A DNA stretch of 64,000 nucleotides from positions 434,001-498,000 of the forward strand of contig NIVC01000176.1 in assembly GCA_002269645.1 (NCBI GenBank). The letters are read 5' to 3'. Position 1 is the stretch's first letter, and every line of letters begins with the position of its first letter. The translations under genes and the position numbers were made by a program. The notes beneath the pieces are model-generated. The model saw nothing but the letters and a program-made list of their open reading frames with translations. It had not been told where the DNA came from and did no database searches. Origin of the DNA: Macrostomum lignano. Taxonomy: Eukaryota. Positions 1 to 12,386 of this stretch are shown here, piece by piece.

Positions 1-2134
1 AAAACATTACGAATGTATTCGAATTTACCTAAATGCCTAATTAATCTCTGTTTATGACGATGATCATGCAGATGTAACAACTTCTTACTAATGAACTTTA
101 AAAATGAATTAAAATCGTCAGCATCGATCGATTTGATTCACTTCTTTGCCAATCTTTCGTAACTTTCTGCCGCGCCCGCTAATGCTACTGAAACAACCTT
201 CCTATTTGTATTGTATTATTAACTAATTAGCTTTTCAAGTTTCAAATTCAGAAGTTACTTCGTTTACCGTATGCTTACTTTTAGTAGTATTATACTTACA
301 AGTTTTTACTATTATTATTATTTGTTATTTTTTAGCTTTTAAATCGGTTGGATGACCTTGTGTTTCGCTAAAAAGATGGAAAAGCAAAAGCAGTGCATTA
401 TGAAGTCTGTTTCGGAAAAATGTGCAAGATTTCTGTATTTTCTGTGTTAACTTTAACGGATTAACGCTTATTAACGATTATTAGATAATTTTCAGTTAAC
501 TTAACGAAAGTAGGAGTTAAAAAGTTAAGATTTGAGCGAAGCGAAGCGAGATTCTGCCAATGTGAGCGAAGCGAACAAAGAGGCTTCCCTGGACAGACTC
601 TACCTACTCAAGACACAGATGTCTTCTGTGGTTCGCCGCTATAAAAATACCCGACCCGATAACGTAGGGTCATAATATTTGACAAACTTTCCTGCTGCCC
701 ATAGCTTTTTCAAATGATCAAAATTCTTAGGGACCGTGCCATCAGGTTTTGTTGCGGAGTGAACACTACACTACGGACCTGCTTAACTCCTTGTGTATTA
801 TCTGTCTGTTCGCGAGTATCGTTTATTAGGTGTAATCCTCCTCGCCAGTCAATGCTAATGAAAGCTACACAGAGGGGCCACTGGGCGAACTGTGTCAGAC
901 GTCCAAGTTCCACAAATAGAGCAACCTCGACGGGGATTGTGAATCTGTCTAGCCGTAGCAGCACCTGGAAGGTTTCCTAGTGGCGATACCACGCAGGAGA
1001 GCTCTCGATTATTCCAGACACGGTCGCGGCGCGCTCGCTCTCATCTGATGTTTGTTAATACACATGAGGTGCCCACATATTGGCGCCTGCAATTTAGGTT
1101 AATTAGAGCTGACTAACCCATCAAAATTATTCGGAAGCAAAAGAGCCGCTCAGAGAGAAAGAGAGATTGAGACTGTATAGTAGCCTGCGGAAAGCTGTGG
1201 CCTCAGCCCAGTTGAGAATCAGTGAGTTTAAAAGCAGCAATTCGAGAAAATCCGAGATTGGATTCAAGACAGAGAATCAAGAAAGATTTTAGGTGTGAAA
1301 AATTGGAGTCAAGTGTGACTGCGGTGTGAGTGGAATAAGTGAAGTTTCCGCTTTGTTGGTTTTTGCTTATTTTTTCATTTTTGTGTTTTGTTTTTGCGAT
1401 CATTATCGCAAGCCCCGCGCTCGTACTGTACGCTTTTTGTATATAGATTGCGTATCTTTTGCTTATTTGCGTTTTTTTTATTTTTGCTTGTAATTTATTG
1501 CTTTTGTCTTGAGCTCCCCAACTCAACCCCCCATTGCTCACTTGTGTGAAAACCCTACCCCAGTTAGGCTTTTTGCACAATCTCCCCCCTTCCCCCATTC
1601 GATTCGATTCATTGCTATTGTCTTGCTTTGAAGCAGACACCCAATTTCGGCTAGTAGCCAATTGTATTCATTCTTTCCTCCCGGTTCGGATCAGATTTTC
1701 ATTCTTTTGTTCTGTCCCGGCAACTGGTGTTGTGCCCGAACTATGGAAACATGTAATTCCAGTACCACTAAGTCAGGAGGTAGAGGCAGAAGAGGTAGAG
1801 GGAATAGGGACGGTTCAGCAGCCGCCGCTGCAGCTGCCTGCGATTTTGAAGCAATTTTAAATATGAAGCATTCCATTCAGTAGGTGGGAATGAACTGCAC
1901 TGCTACTGTCGCTGAGATCTGTTCTAGAGAAAAGGAAGCTTGGAGAATCTGTGCTGTTGTTAGAACGGAGAACCCTGCGGATATTCAGCATGTGCACATG
2001 TTACTGTTTTGTAGTAAAATTTATTATAGGTAATATAAAGTACTTTTACGCCAGCCGCAGTCCCCCAAACCCACCTTCTGACCCGTTGTGGTAATCAAAA
2101 ATTTTTTCTTCAGAGTGCAAAATATAGCGCCTTG

Positions 2135-2564
2135 ACGCTAAAATGAATTCCTGCGGCGCCAAAATGAGTGCCTGCGGCGCCAAAATGAGTGCCTTCGGCG
2201 CCAAAATGAGTGCCTGCGGCGCCAAAATGAGTGCCTGCGGCGCCAAAATGAGTGCCTGCGGCGCCAAAATGAGTGCCTGCGGCGCTAAAATGAGTGCCTG
2301 CGACGCCAAAATGAGTGCCTTCGACGCCAAAATGAGTGCCTTCGACGCTAAAATGAGTGCTTGCGGCGCCAAAATGAGTGCCTGCGGCGCCAAAATGAGT
2401 GCTTGCGGTGCTAAAAGGAGTGCCTGCGGCGCCAAAATGAGTGCTTGCGGCGCCAAAATGAGTGCCTGCGGCGCCAAAATGAGTGCCTGCGGCGCCAAAA
2501 TGAGTGCTTGCGGCGCCAAAATGAGTGCCTGCGGCGCCAAAATGATTGCCTGCGGCGCCAAAAT
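2135..2564. repeat. 21-bp minisatellite (GGCGCCAAAATGAGTGCCTGC)n
   Basis: About 20 tandem copies. Confidence 0.97.
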
Positions 2565-3255
2565 AATAATTAGACTCATATAACTCACATATAGTGTTAA
2601 TTGCTTGGTATTTAAATCATTATATGCTAATAATCCCTTTTGCGATAAAATTTTCGCGGACAATTTATTTTCCAGCAATATTAAATGAAATTAAATGAAT
2701 ACTTGAATTCGCGTTTCCAAAATTGGGAAAGTTACATGCAGAAGTTTGGCATGTGCAAGCGTTGAAAATATTCATGTGAATGCACATTGCCCATAAGAAT
2801 ATCTCGCAAATCCTTTTTAGATTTATCTTTACATTTGCACCAATGCGCTTCAATGACTACTCGTAAGTATACAAACATGTAAAATAAGTACATGTACTGC
2901 TACTATTAATAGTAGTCTCGCACCTCAAATACAACTGTCGGATCCAATAAAAAAATAGATTTCTTTCTTGAAGTGTTTAAAACTTACGCCTATTAACTGA
3001 CTACAAGTACTAAGATGAACAAAAATGATGCAGTTAAATATATCTTCTTATAGCATTGTTTTCTGCGTGCTAAATGCTGAGAAAATTTCAGGAATTTCTC
3101 CTTAATATCCAACAATTAGATCCGACTCGTAGGAATCTTTGCTATTTTCAAACAGTTACTTAAAATATTTGAAAAGTACATATTCATGCACTTGGAACCA
3201 CAGCTCAAAATACACAGCAGTATTCGCAAAGTCTAGTCAAGGCCAGTCTGTAATT

Positions 3256-6200
3256 TCACTGCTTGGTCACGTGATATAGAATCCAGGCCAGTTCGCCGCT
3301 CTGGCACATTGCCAAGCGTCTCTGCCAGTTTACTTGAGCCTGCTCAAATCTGGACGACTCGTTGAATTGCTGGAAATTGAATGCGAAATTCAGTGGGGAA
3401 TTATAGGAATTGGACACATGACAATTGGGGGCCTTATCAGTGTGTCTGTGGATACCTAATCAGTGTGTCTGTGGGTGCCGAATCAGTGTGTCTGTGGATA
3501 CCTAATCAGTGTGTCTGTGGGTGCCTAATCAGTGTGTCTGTGAATACCTAATCAGTGCGTCTGTAAGTGCCTAATCAGTGTGTCTGTGGATGCCTAATCA
3601 GTGTGTCTGTGGATAACTAATCAGTGTGTCTGTGGATAACTAATCAGTGTGTCTGTGGATAACTAATCAGTGTGTCTGTGGGTTCCTAATCAGTGTGTCT
3701 GTGGGTGCCTAATCAGTGTGTCTGTGGGTGCCTAATCAGTGTGTCTGTGGATAACTAATCAGTGTGTCTGTGGATAACTAATCAGTGTGTCTGTGGATAA
3801 CTAATCAGTGTGTCTGTGGATAACTAATCAGCGTGTCTGTGGGTGACTAATCAGTGTGTCTGTGGGTGCCTAATCAGTGTGTCTGTGGGTGCCTAATCAG
3901 TGTGTCTGTGGATGCCTAATCAGTGTGTCTGTGGGTGCCTAATCAGTGTGTCTGTGGGTGCCTAATCAGTGTGTCTGTGGATGCCTAATCAGTGTGTCTG
4001 TGGGTGCCTAATCAGTGTGCCTGTGGATGCCTAATCAGTGTGTCTGTGGGTGCCTAATCAGTGCGTCTGTGGGTGCCTAATCAGCGTGTCTGTGGGTGCC
4101 TAACTAGTGCTCCTATATGTGTCTGGATGATTACGCCGCAACAGCCTTTAGATAGATGACTAATTAGAGAGCCAATAGATGACTAATTAGAGAGCCAATA
4201 GATGACTAATTAGAGAGCCAATAGATGACTAATTAGAGAGCCAATAGATGACTAATTAAAGAGCCAATAGATGACTAATTAGAGAGCCAATAGATGACTA
4301 ATTAGAGAGCAAATAGATGACTAATTAGAGAGCAAATGGATGACTAATTAGAGAGCCAATAGATGACTAATTAGAGAGCAAATAGATGACTAATTAGAGA
4401 GCCAATAGATGACTAATTAGAGAGCAAATAGATGACTAATTAGAGAGCCAATAGATGACTAATTAGAGAGCCAATAGATGACTAATTAGAGAGCCAATAG
4501 ATGACTAATTAGAGAGCCAATAGATGACTAATTAGAGAGCAAATGGATCAACGTAGATGTGGACTAGATGAAAACAAAAGCCAGAGTAACAAAATCAGAA
4601 CTCATCGCACCTGCACAAACAGGTGCCTGGCCTGTTCAAGAATTCGACATTTGGCCAGAGCCGCCGACTCGAACCGCGGCGTCAAGTCGTCCGTAGTGAC
4701 GGTCGAGTCGGCGAATCCGGCGGATTTCAAAGCCGAAATGTAGGCATCGCGTGAGTAGGCCGCGCTGACGTCAGCGGATGAGTCATCAACGGTATTGGGC
4801 TGATTTTTCAACGGGCAGTAGTCTGTTAGACAGAGGCGGCCGCCGGGCTTCAGCCACTTCTGTAACGAAAAAGGGCGGTTCTATAGTTTGTGAAGATTCT
4901 ATAGTTTGTGAAGATTCTATAGTTTGTGAAGATTCTATAGTTTGTGAAGATTCTATAGTTTGTGAAGATTCTATAGTTTGTGAAGATTCTATAGTTTGTG
5001 AAGATTCTATAGTTTGTGAAGATTCTATAGTTTGTGAAGATTCTATAGTTTGTGAAGATTCTATAGTTTGTGAAGATTCTATAGTTTGTGAAGATTCTAT
5101 AGTTTGTGAAGATTCTATAGTTTGTGAAGATTCTATAGTTTGTGAAGATTCTATAGTTTGTGAAGATTCTATAGTTTGTGAAGATTCTATAGTTTGTGAA
5201 GATTCTATAGTTTGTGAAGATTCTATAGTTTGTGAAGATTCTATAGTTTGTGAAGATTCTATAGTTTGTGAAGATTCTATAGTTTGTGAAGATTCAATAG
5301 TTTCTGAAGATTCAATAGTTTATGAAGATTGTATAGTTTGTGAAGATTGTATAGTTTGTGAAGATTGTATAGTTTGTGAAGATTTTATAATTTGTGAAGA
5401 TTCTGTAGCTTGTGAAGACTGTAGTTTATGAAGATTGTATAGTGTGTGACGATTCTATAGTTTGTGAAGTTTGTAAAGTTTTGCTGGTTCTGCAAAATGT
5501 TTATTGCATATCCAATACTACTCGCAATCCTTGGCTTCGTAAGTAGCTAGAATAGAGTCAGATAAAAAAGAAAAAATCGAAAAAGCAATTAAGCTCAAAT
5601 TCTCACATAAAACTTGGCCAGCACGCTGCCCTTATCCGTCACGTAGTGCATCACGTCGCGGCAGTAGATCACATCGAACGTCTCCTCTTCGTACAGTTCG
5701 CAGGTCTCAATATCGGCTAGCTCAAACAGCACCTGGCAACGCGAGAAAGAGTTTCTAAAGTACATTTGCTACCTTAAATTAGTCGAGTTTCTCATAAAGT
5801 GCCCTGAATTATGAATGAAATCGCTATATAAAAGCTTAATGTACACATTCCCTCATGAACTTGTCATGATCTCACTTGTTCATGACTTCACTCACCTCAT
5901 GAATTCACCCACAACGTCTCCTCATGACCTCAGCACATGATCTCTCTAATGAGCTCACTTATGATTTCGCATAATATATGACCTCACTCATGACACAATA
6001 ATTACCACACTCACTTAACAATTCATCCATGAACCAAATCATAGAACCTGCATTTATTAAAGAACTCGATCAATCAACCTTGATTTTTCTAAGAAACCGC
6101 AGACTTTCCTAGAAGCAATACCGGACAATCGCGCTCACATTTTGCACGCCCAGCTGATTGGCCCGCTGCAGAGCCAGACTGATCAGTGGGCCGGCGATGT

Positions 6201-8469
6201 CAAAACCAATCACGTTGGCGTCGTATTTCTGAAAATTTGATTTTCAAAGGTACATGCAAATTGTTGCACCGGTGGAATCTGTCATCATTCTTTACTGTAT
6301 TCATTTTCTAATAAAAAATTTAACGAGCATCTACCTTAGCTAGCAGGCAGGAGGTGTCTCCCAATCCGCAGCCAACGTCAAGGACAGTCTCGCCCGGCTG
6401 GACACCGAGATAGTCGCACAGAGCGGCCGCTTCGCTGCCCTCGGCCAAAACGAATTCGAGCCTGCGGTTGGACAGGGATGGCGGTGTTGGTGACATTGTG
6501 ATCGGGATGCCATCGGGACACGGGAGGTTGATGGTCCAGATACCCAGATGCTCCGAGGACACGGGAGGTTGGTGGTCCAGATACCCAGATGCTCCGAGGA
6601 CACGGGAGGTTGGTGGTCCGGATACCCGAGGACACGGGAGGTTGGTGGTCCGGATACCCGAGGACACGAGGATTGGTGGTGGTCCAGATACCCGAGGACA
6701 CGGGAGGTTGGTGGTCCGGATACCCGAGGATACGGGAGGGTGGTGGTACAGATATCTAGGACTCAGAAGACACTCAATGACACGGAGGTGGCCGGAGACC
6801 CTTGGACACCTGAGGACCCAGAGGACACTCAATAACACGGAGGTGGCCGGAGACCCTTGGACACCTGAGGACCCAGAGGACACTCAATGACACGGAGGTG
6901 GCCGGAGACCCTTGGACACCTGAGGACCCAGAGGACACTCAATAACACGGAGGTGGCCGGAGACCCTTGGACACCTGTGCTTGGCAGATTTAGACTAACT
7001 TCTCATCGCTGGGTCCGTTCATGAGACTCTTATGAGCCGCCTTCATCCGGTCGATCTCGTCCGGCGAACTCAGTGGAGTCTTGCGCACCAGCCAGCACAT
7101 CTGGTTCCGGTTGCCCTTAGTGGACACGTAGGTCCGGCTCGGTCTGGTGAATACGTGGCCGAAGCGGTGGGAGCCGTATGCAGCCTCAAGTAGCAGCTCG
7201 TTGTACTTCTGCGGCGATCGGTACTTGGTGGGGTTGTCGGTGCGGGCCACCGAGCCGGACCGGTGGAAGCAGGACTCGCGGAAGAAGAAATGTCCACCCG
7301 GCCGAAGCCAGTCGAGGATTCTGGCGAACACGCCGCGCACCTCTTCGTCGTCCAGGTACATGAACAGCCAGTTGGAGAACACCAGGTCGCAGCAATCTGC
7401 CGGCATCGTCATCTGGGTGGCGTCGGCTACAGCCAGAGTCAGGTTGCTATGGTGACCATTGTCTTCGCGATTCTTGTCGATGAAATTCTGCATGAAGTCT
7501 GAGGCGTGCAGACTGCCGGCCAGCGGCGCCAGGTGCTTGGTAAACCGGCCGATGCCGGCGCCAAGTTCAACAACGTCCAGACCGTCTACGGGCGGCAGCA
7601 TGCCCAGGATCTCCTGCGTCTCGCGGTCGGCAATGGAGGCTGCGTTGCTATCCAGCATCATCATCTCTAGGGAGGGCTTGCCGTGGCCCTTCCAGTAGCT
7701 CAGCATCTGCTGGCGGGTCTCTGCAGGGGCGGGGACGGGAGGTGCATGTGCGTCAATCTTCTTGTCGGCTGCAAGATTTGCCTACTATCTGATCATCCAT
7801 GCGTGACTGTCTAATCATCCAGTTTAATCATCCTGTTAGTCTTATCATCCACGTACGAGGTTTTCTAAGCGGTTGTGTTTTTTAAAACGAATCCACGGTT
7901 GTCTAATCAACCAGGGGGTTGTCTAATCAGCAACAGGGTTGTCTAATCATCCACGGGGGTTGTCTAATCATTCAGGGATTGTCTAATCATCCAAAGGTTT
8001 GTCCAATCAATCAGGGGGTTGTCTAAATTATCCAGGAGGTTGTCTAAGAATCCAGGGGGTTGTCTAATCATCCATGGGGGTGTCTAATCATCTAAGGGTG
8101 TTGTCTAATCATCTAAGGGTGTTGTCTAATCATCTACGAGGGTTGTCTAATCATCTACGAGGGTTGTCTAATCATCTACAGGGGTTGTCTAATTATCTAC
8201 GGGGGTCGTCTACTCGTCTACGGAGTTGTCCAATCATCCACGGGAGTTGTCCAATAATCCAAGGGGGTTGTCTAATCCTCCATGGGGGTTTTCTAACCAT
8301 CCAAGGGGGTTGTCTAATCATCCACGGGGTTGTCTAATCATCCACAGCATTGTCTATACCTAGATGTATAGGTACAGACAAACCTGATTTTTGGTCTAAT
8401 TTTTTTCTATATTTAGTATATAGGAAGGACTTATGGTTTTAATGCGAACTTACCAGTGCAGGCAGACAT
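3256..8469 (-). CDS. PMT: Phosphoethanolamine N-methyltransferase (PEAMT/PMT), two tandem SAM-methyltransferase domains, 496 aa
   Basis: Exons (minus): 8454-8469 (ATG MSACT), 7000-7768, 6335-6461, 6139-6228, 5607-5732, 4611-4859, 3256-3369 (TGA); all GT-AG with matching phases, 1491 nt total. Domain 1 motifs MMLDS, VVELGAGIGRFT, LVFSNWLFMYL, FFRESCFH, NPTKYR, NQMCW; domain 2 VLDVGCGLG, FDVIYCRD, KWLKPGG, match plant/nematode PEAMT. Confidence 0.92.
3434..4102. repeat. 23-bp minisatellite (CTAATCAGTGTGTCTGTGGGTGC)n, PMT intron 6
   Basis: About 29 tandem copies. Confidence 0.97.
4153..4548. repeat. 23-bp minisatellite (TAGATGACTAATTAGAGAGCCAA)n, PMT intron 6
   Basis: About 17 tandem copies. 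Confidence 0.97.
4879..5468. repeat. 18-bp minisatellite (TTCTATAGTTTGTGAAGA)n, PMT intron 5
   Basis: About 32 copies; near-perfect, degenerating at the high-coordinate end. Confidence 0.97.
5850..5995. repeat. Degenerate CTCATGA-containing tandem repeat, PMT intron 4
   Basis: Several imperfect copies visible. Confidence 0.55.
6500..6977. repeat. Compound minisatellite (~32-bp then ~55-bp units), PMT intron 2
   Basis: CCGAGGACACGGGAGGTTGGTGGTCCGGATAC units followed by CACGGAGGTGGCCGGAGACCCTTGGACACCTG… units. Confidence 0.9.
7790..8345. repeat. Degenerate ~21-bp minisatellite (GGGGGTTGTCTAATCATCCA core), PMT intron 1
   Basis: Repeated GTTGTCTAATCA core. Confidence 0.9.
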
Positions 8470-9399
8470 GCTGTTTCTAGAAACAATAAAAAAGTTGGAC
8501 AACTGAACAAAATTTCAATCCGCTTAGAAGACTCAGTTACAGTGCTGATAGCGGTAGAGTTAATTCACACACACCAAACAGATTGAATATTTATAGGCAG
8601 TTTCGCATCTATGAGGGTCATTGGAATTCCATAATAAACTGCAGCTCACTGGGCATTTTCACTGGTGTTTTCAAGAATTCGAGTGCAGGCAAGTGGAAAG
8701 CTTCGGTGAAAGCAGTAAAATCCACAGCAAAACACAAAACCTGTTTCCAAGGCAGGAAAAACTTCTCCAAACAGAAAATGCAATTTCGTGTGTACTACTC
8801 GAAAACCGGTTTGGGGTTTATCTGTCGCAAATGTGTAATGTACACTGATAATCGCGGGTGAAAATTGCTAACGAATGGAAATTTACTGGCACAGCATAGT
8901 GCGCAAATTTTTGTTAGGCCAATGGACAAATAAATTCGTAAGTCAAAGTACGATAAAGTTAGACCGCTTAAGATTTTACCAGGAATTTAAGTTTCAACCT
9001 GGTATTTTATCAGACGCCAAAGGCGAGGCGGTCAAAAGTCAACAATTATACTGTGTCAAGTTTGTGGAAAAATTAACCTTTTACAAAAACTGAATCTCTG
9101 GCAGTGCCGCTGGACTATTTCAATGGCAAGCTAGACTGCATGTATTAATAAGCTAACACTGAATTTCCAAACAAGCTTTGTTGTAAGCAGTCTATAACGA
9201 ATTTCGATTCCAAGATGGATATTCTAACTCGAGCCAAATGGCTGCAGGCCAGATGACAAAGGAAAGGAGATTAGAGATGGAATGAGAGCAGACATGAGAA
9301 GACAGATAAAATGCGAGATGGAAGGAAAGAAAATATGAGACAGATAAGAGGTGGGAGGAAAGAAGGAAAAGAGAAACAAAGGAGAGCGAGAGAAGGGGA

Positions 9400-10240
9400 G
9401 GATAGAAGAGGTGAAAGGAAGAGAAGAGAGAGAGAGGAGAGAAAAGAGAAGAAAGAAGATGGGAGATATTAGAGAAGAGAGGAGAGAGGAGGGAGAGAAG
9501 AGGAGAGGAGAGAAGAGGTGAAGAAAGGAGAGAGAAGAGAGGAGGGAGAGAAGAGGAGAGGAGAGAAGAGGAGAGGAGAGAAGAGGTGAAGAGAGGAGAG
9601 GAGAAGAGAGGAGAGGAGAGGAGAGGAGAAGAGAGGAGAGAGGAGAGGAGAGGAGAGGAGAGGAGAGGAGAGGAGAGGAGAAGAGAGGAGAGGAGAGAGG
9701 AGAGGAGAGGAGAGGAAAGGGAGGAGAATAGAGGAGAGTAGAGGAGAGGAGAGGAGAGGAGAGGAGGGGAGAGGAGAGGAGAGGAGAGAAGAGCAGAGAG
9801 GAGAGGAGAAGAGAAGAGAGAAGAGGGAGAGGAGAAGAGAGGAGAGGAGAGGAGAGAAGAGCAGAGAAGAGCAAAGGAGAGAAGAGGGAGAGGAGAAGAG
9901 AGGAGAAGAGAGGAGAGGGAGGATAGGAGAGGAGAGGAGAGGAGAGGAGAGGAGAAGAGAAGAGCAAAGGAGAGAAGAGGAGAGAAGAGGGAGAGGAGAA
10001 GAGAGGAGAGGAGAGGAGAGGAGAAGAGAGGAGAGGAGAGGAGAAGAGAAGAGAAGAGAAGAGAAGAGAGGAGAGGAGAGGAGAAGAGAGAAGAGGAGAG
10101 AAGAGGAGAGAAGAGCAGAGGAGAGCAGAGGAGAGGAGAAGAGAAGAGAGGAGAGGGAGGATAGGAGAGGAGAGGAGAGGAGAGGAGAGAAGAGCAGAGA
10201 AGAGCAGAGGAGAGGAGAGGAGAAGAGAGAGGAGAGGAAA
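9400..10240. repeat. (GAGGA/GAGAA)n purine microsatellite
   Basis: About 840 bp of almost pure G/A between the PMT start and the CK1 end. Confidence 0.97.
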
Positions 10241-11245
10241 AGGGAGCTGAGAAGACACAAGTCCTGAGCGGACAGGAGTTTACCAACGCTGCATTAAATG
10301 AAAAAAAGTGGAGAACCAAAAGAAAAATATTTCCTGCTCTACTACACGGGAAAGATAAAGTAGTATACAAAGCGCATGTGCTTCGCTATATATTTATAAA
10401 ATAAAAGTTGAAAAAAAACAATCGTGATATTATAATCTCTTGTCGAAAACGGAAACAGTTGAAAAAGTAAAAAATAGAAGGCTTGCTAAGTATGTTAATT
10501 CCAGGAAACTACCAGTACATGGACACTATTTCATAAAAAATAAATATAGAAAACAAGGTCAAGCTGCATCATCAGGCAAAATAAATACGCAAAGAAAGTA
10601 TTTTAGAGCATCTTGGCCGGCTCTGCAGTCACATACTGTAATAAGTAAACTGAAAATCAACATTCGTGTTTTTTCAACTAAAATTGAAAAAAAATAAATT
10701 TGTTTTAATATGTGTTACAATTTACAACACGGCGCCAAGAGAAATTATTGAATAAACCTATAGCCTAGATTACATGCACAACTTGCCTGCCTATTGTAGC
10801 ACAGCAACCATACTTAGCAATAAGGTCTAGTATTACAGATAGCCTATTATCACAGCAGCTATTATCGAGCCCTATGCTTACACGCATGCGCAAAAGTTCA
10901 GTTAGATTCAGATAATCCACCCGCAACTGCATGCTGAGAGTAGGCGGGTGAGAATATTTTTGTCAATTATAACTGTTTCTCTTTGCAAAAAAGAAATAAA
11001 AAACAAAAATTGCAAGAAGGCAGCATCAGAAAGATTAGAAATTTTCACGCTAAAAAAAACTAATCAAACTAAAAGGAATAAAGTGAATTTCAAAACAAAG
11101 AATTAAGTTGCTCATAGTAGTGGCGCGCAGATTGATACCTCAGCATGAGAGCAGGAGTGGCACCTCTATTTTTATAGCAGAGTTCTGCACATCTATGAAA
11201 TACAGACTCAACTTCAAAGGCATTTGGATTTTATTTAAATAGAAT

Positions 11246-12152
11246 TGGTAGTATTACCAATGGGATCTAGTGGTATTACGAATGAGATCTGGTAGCATTA
11301 CGAATGGGATCTGGAAGCATTACCAATGGGACCTGGTAGTATTACCAATGAGATCTGGTAGTATTACCAATGGGATCTGGTAGCATTACCAATGGGATCT
11401 GGTAGTAGTATTACCAATGGGATCTGGTAGCATTACCAATGGGATCTGGTAGTAGTATTACCAATGGGATCTGGTAGCATTACCAATGGGATCTGGTAGT
11501 AGTATTACCAATGGGATCTGGTAGCATTACCAATGAGATCTGGTAGTATTACCAATGGGATCTGGTAGTATTACCAATGAGATCTGGTAGTATTACCAAT
11601 GGGATCTGGTAGCATTACCAATGAGATCTGGTAGTAGTATTACCAATGGGATCTGGTAGCATTACCAATGAGATCTGGTAGTAGTATTACCAATGGGATC
11701 TGGTAGCATTACCAATGAGATCTGGTAGTAGTATTACCAATGGGATCTGGTAGTAGTATTACCAATGGGATCTGGTAGCATTACCAATGAGATCTGGTAG
11801 TAGTATTACCAATGGGATCTGGTAGCATTACCAATGGGATCTGGTAGTAGTATTACCAATGGGATCTGGTAGCATTACCAATGAGATCTGGTAGTATTAC
11901 CAATGGGATCTGGTAGTATTACCAATGGGATCTGGTAGTATTACCAATGGGATCTGGTAGTATTACCAATGAGATCTGGTAGTGTTACCAATGGGATCTG
12001 GTAGTATTACCAATGGGATCTGGTAGTATTACCAATGGGATCTGGTAGCATTACCAATGGGATCTGGTAGCATTACCAATGGGATCTGGTAGCATTACCA
12101 ATGGGATCTGGTAGCATTACCAATGGGATGTGGAAATGGAAACATTACCAAT
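11246..12152. repeat. 22/25-bp minisatellite (ATTACCAATGGGATCTGGTAGY)n
   Basis: About 40 copies downstream of the CK1 stop codon. Confidence 0.97.
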
Positions 12153-12386
12153 GGGCTTCTTTAGTATATTTCAAATCCCAAAAAATTATTTTATAACTAA
12201 AATCAGCTTGTCACTAAAAGAGCTGCCAATGACCAGTTATTTAACATTCAAAGAACTGCAATTCTAACTGAAATTTTTTCTTGAGATATCTTTGTACAGT
12301 TAAATATTTCAATCAACCGTCCCCCCTCCAGAGTCCAAAGCTGGCACAAATAGTTGGATTTATTAGTTAGCTAAAATAAATCCAAT

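Noticed and set aside
530-680. GAGCGAAGCGA motifs and AGGGTCATAAT resembling the end of a small non-autonomous element
   Set aside because: Only one end is visible, with no TSD or second copy to confirm it.
700-2000. Short GC-richer ORFs (710-980, 1662-1883) with poly-Ala or Cys motifs as exons of another gene
   Set aside because: No recognisable homology and no consistent splice model could be built; left uncalled.
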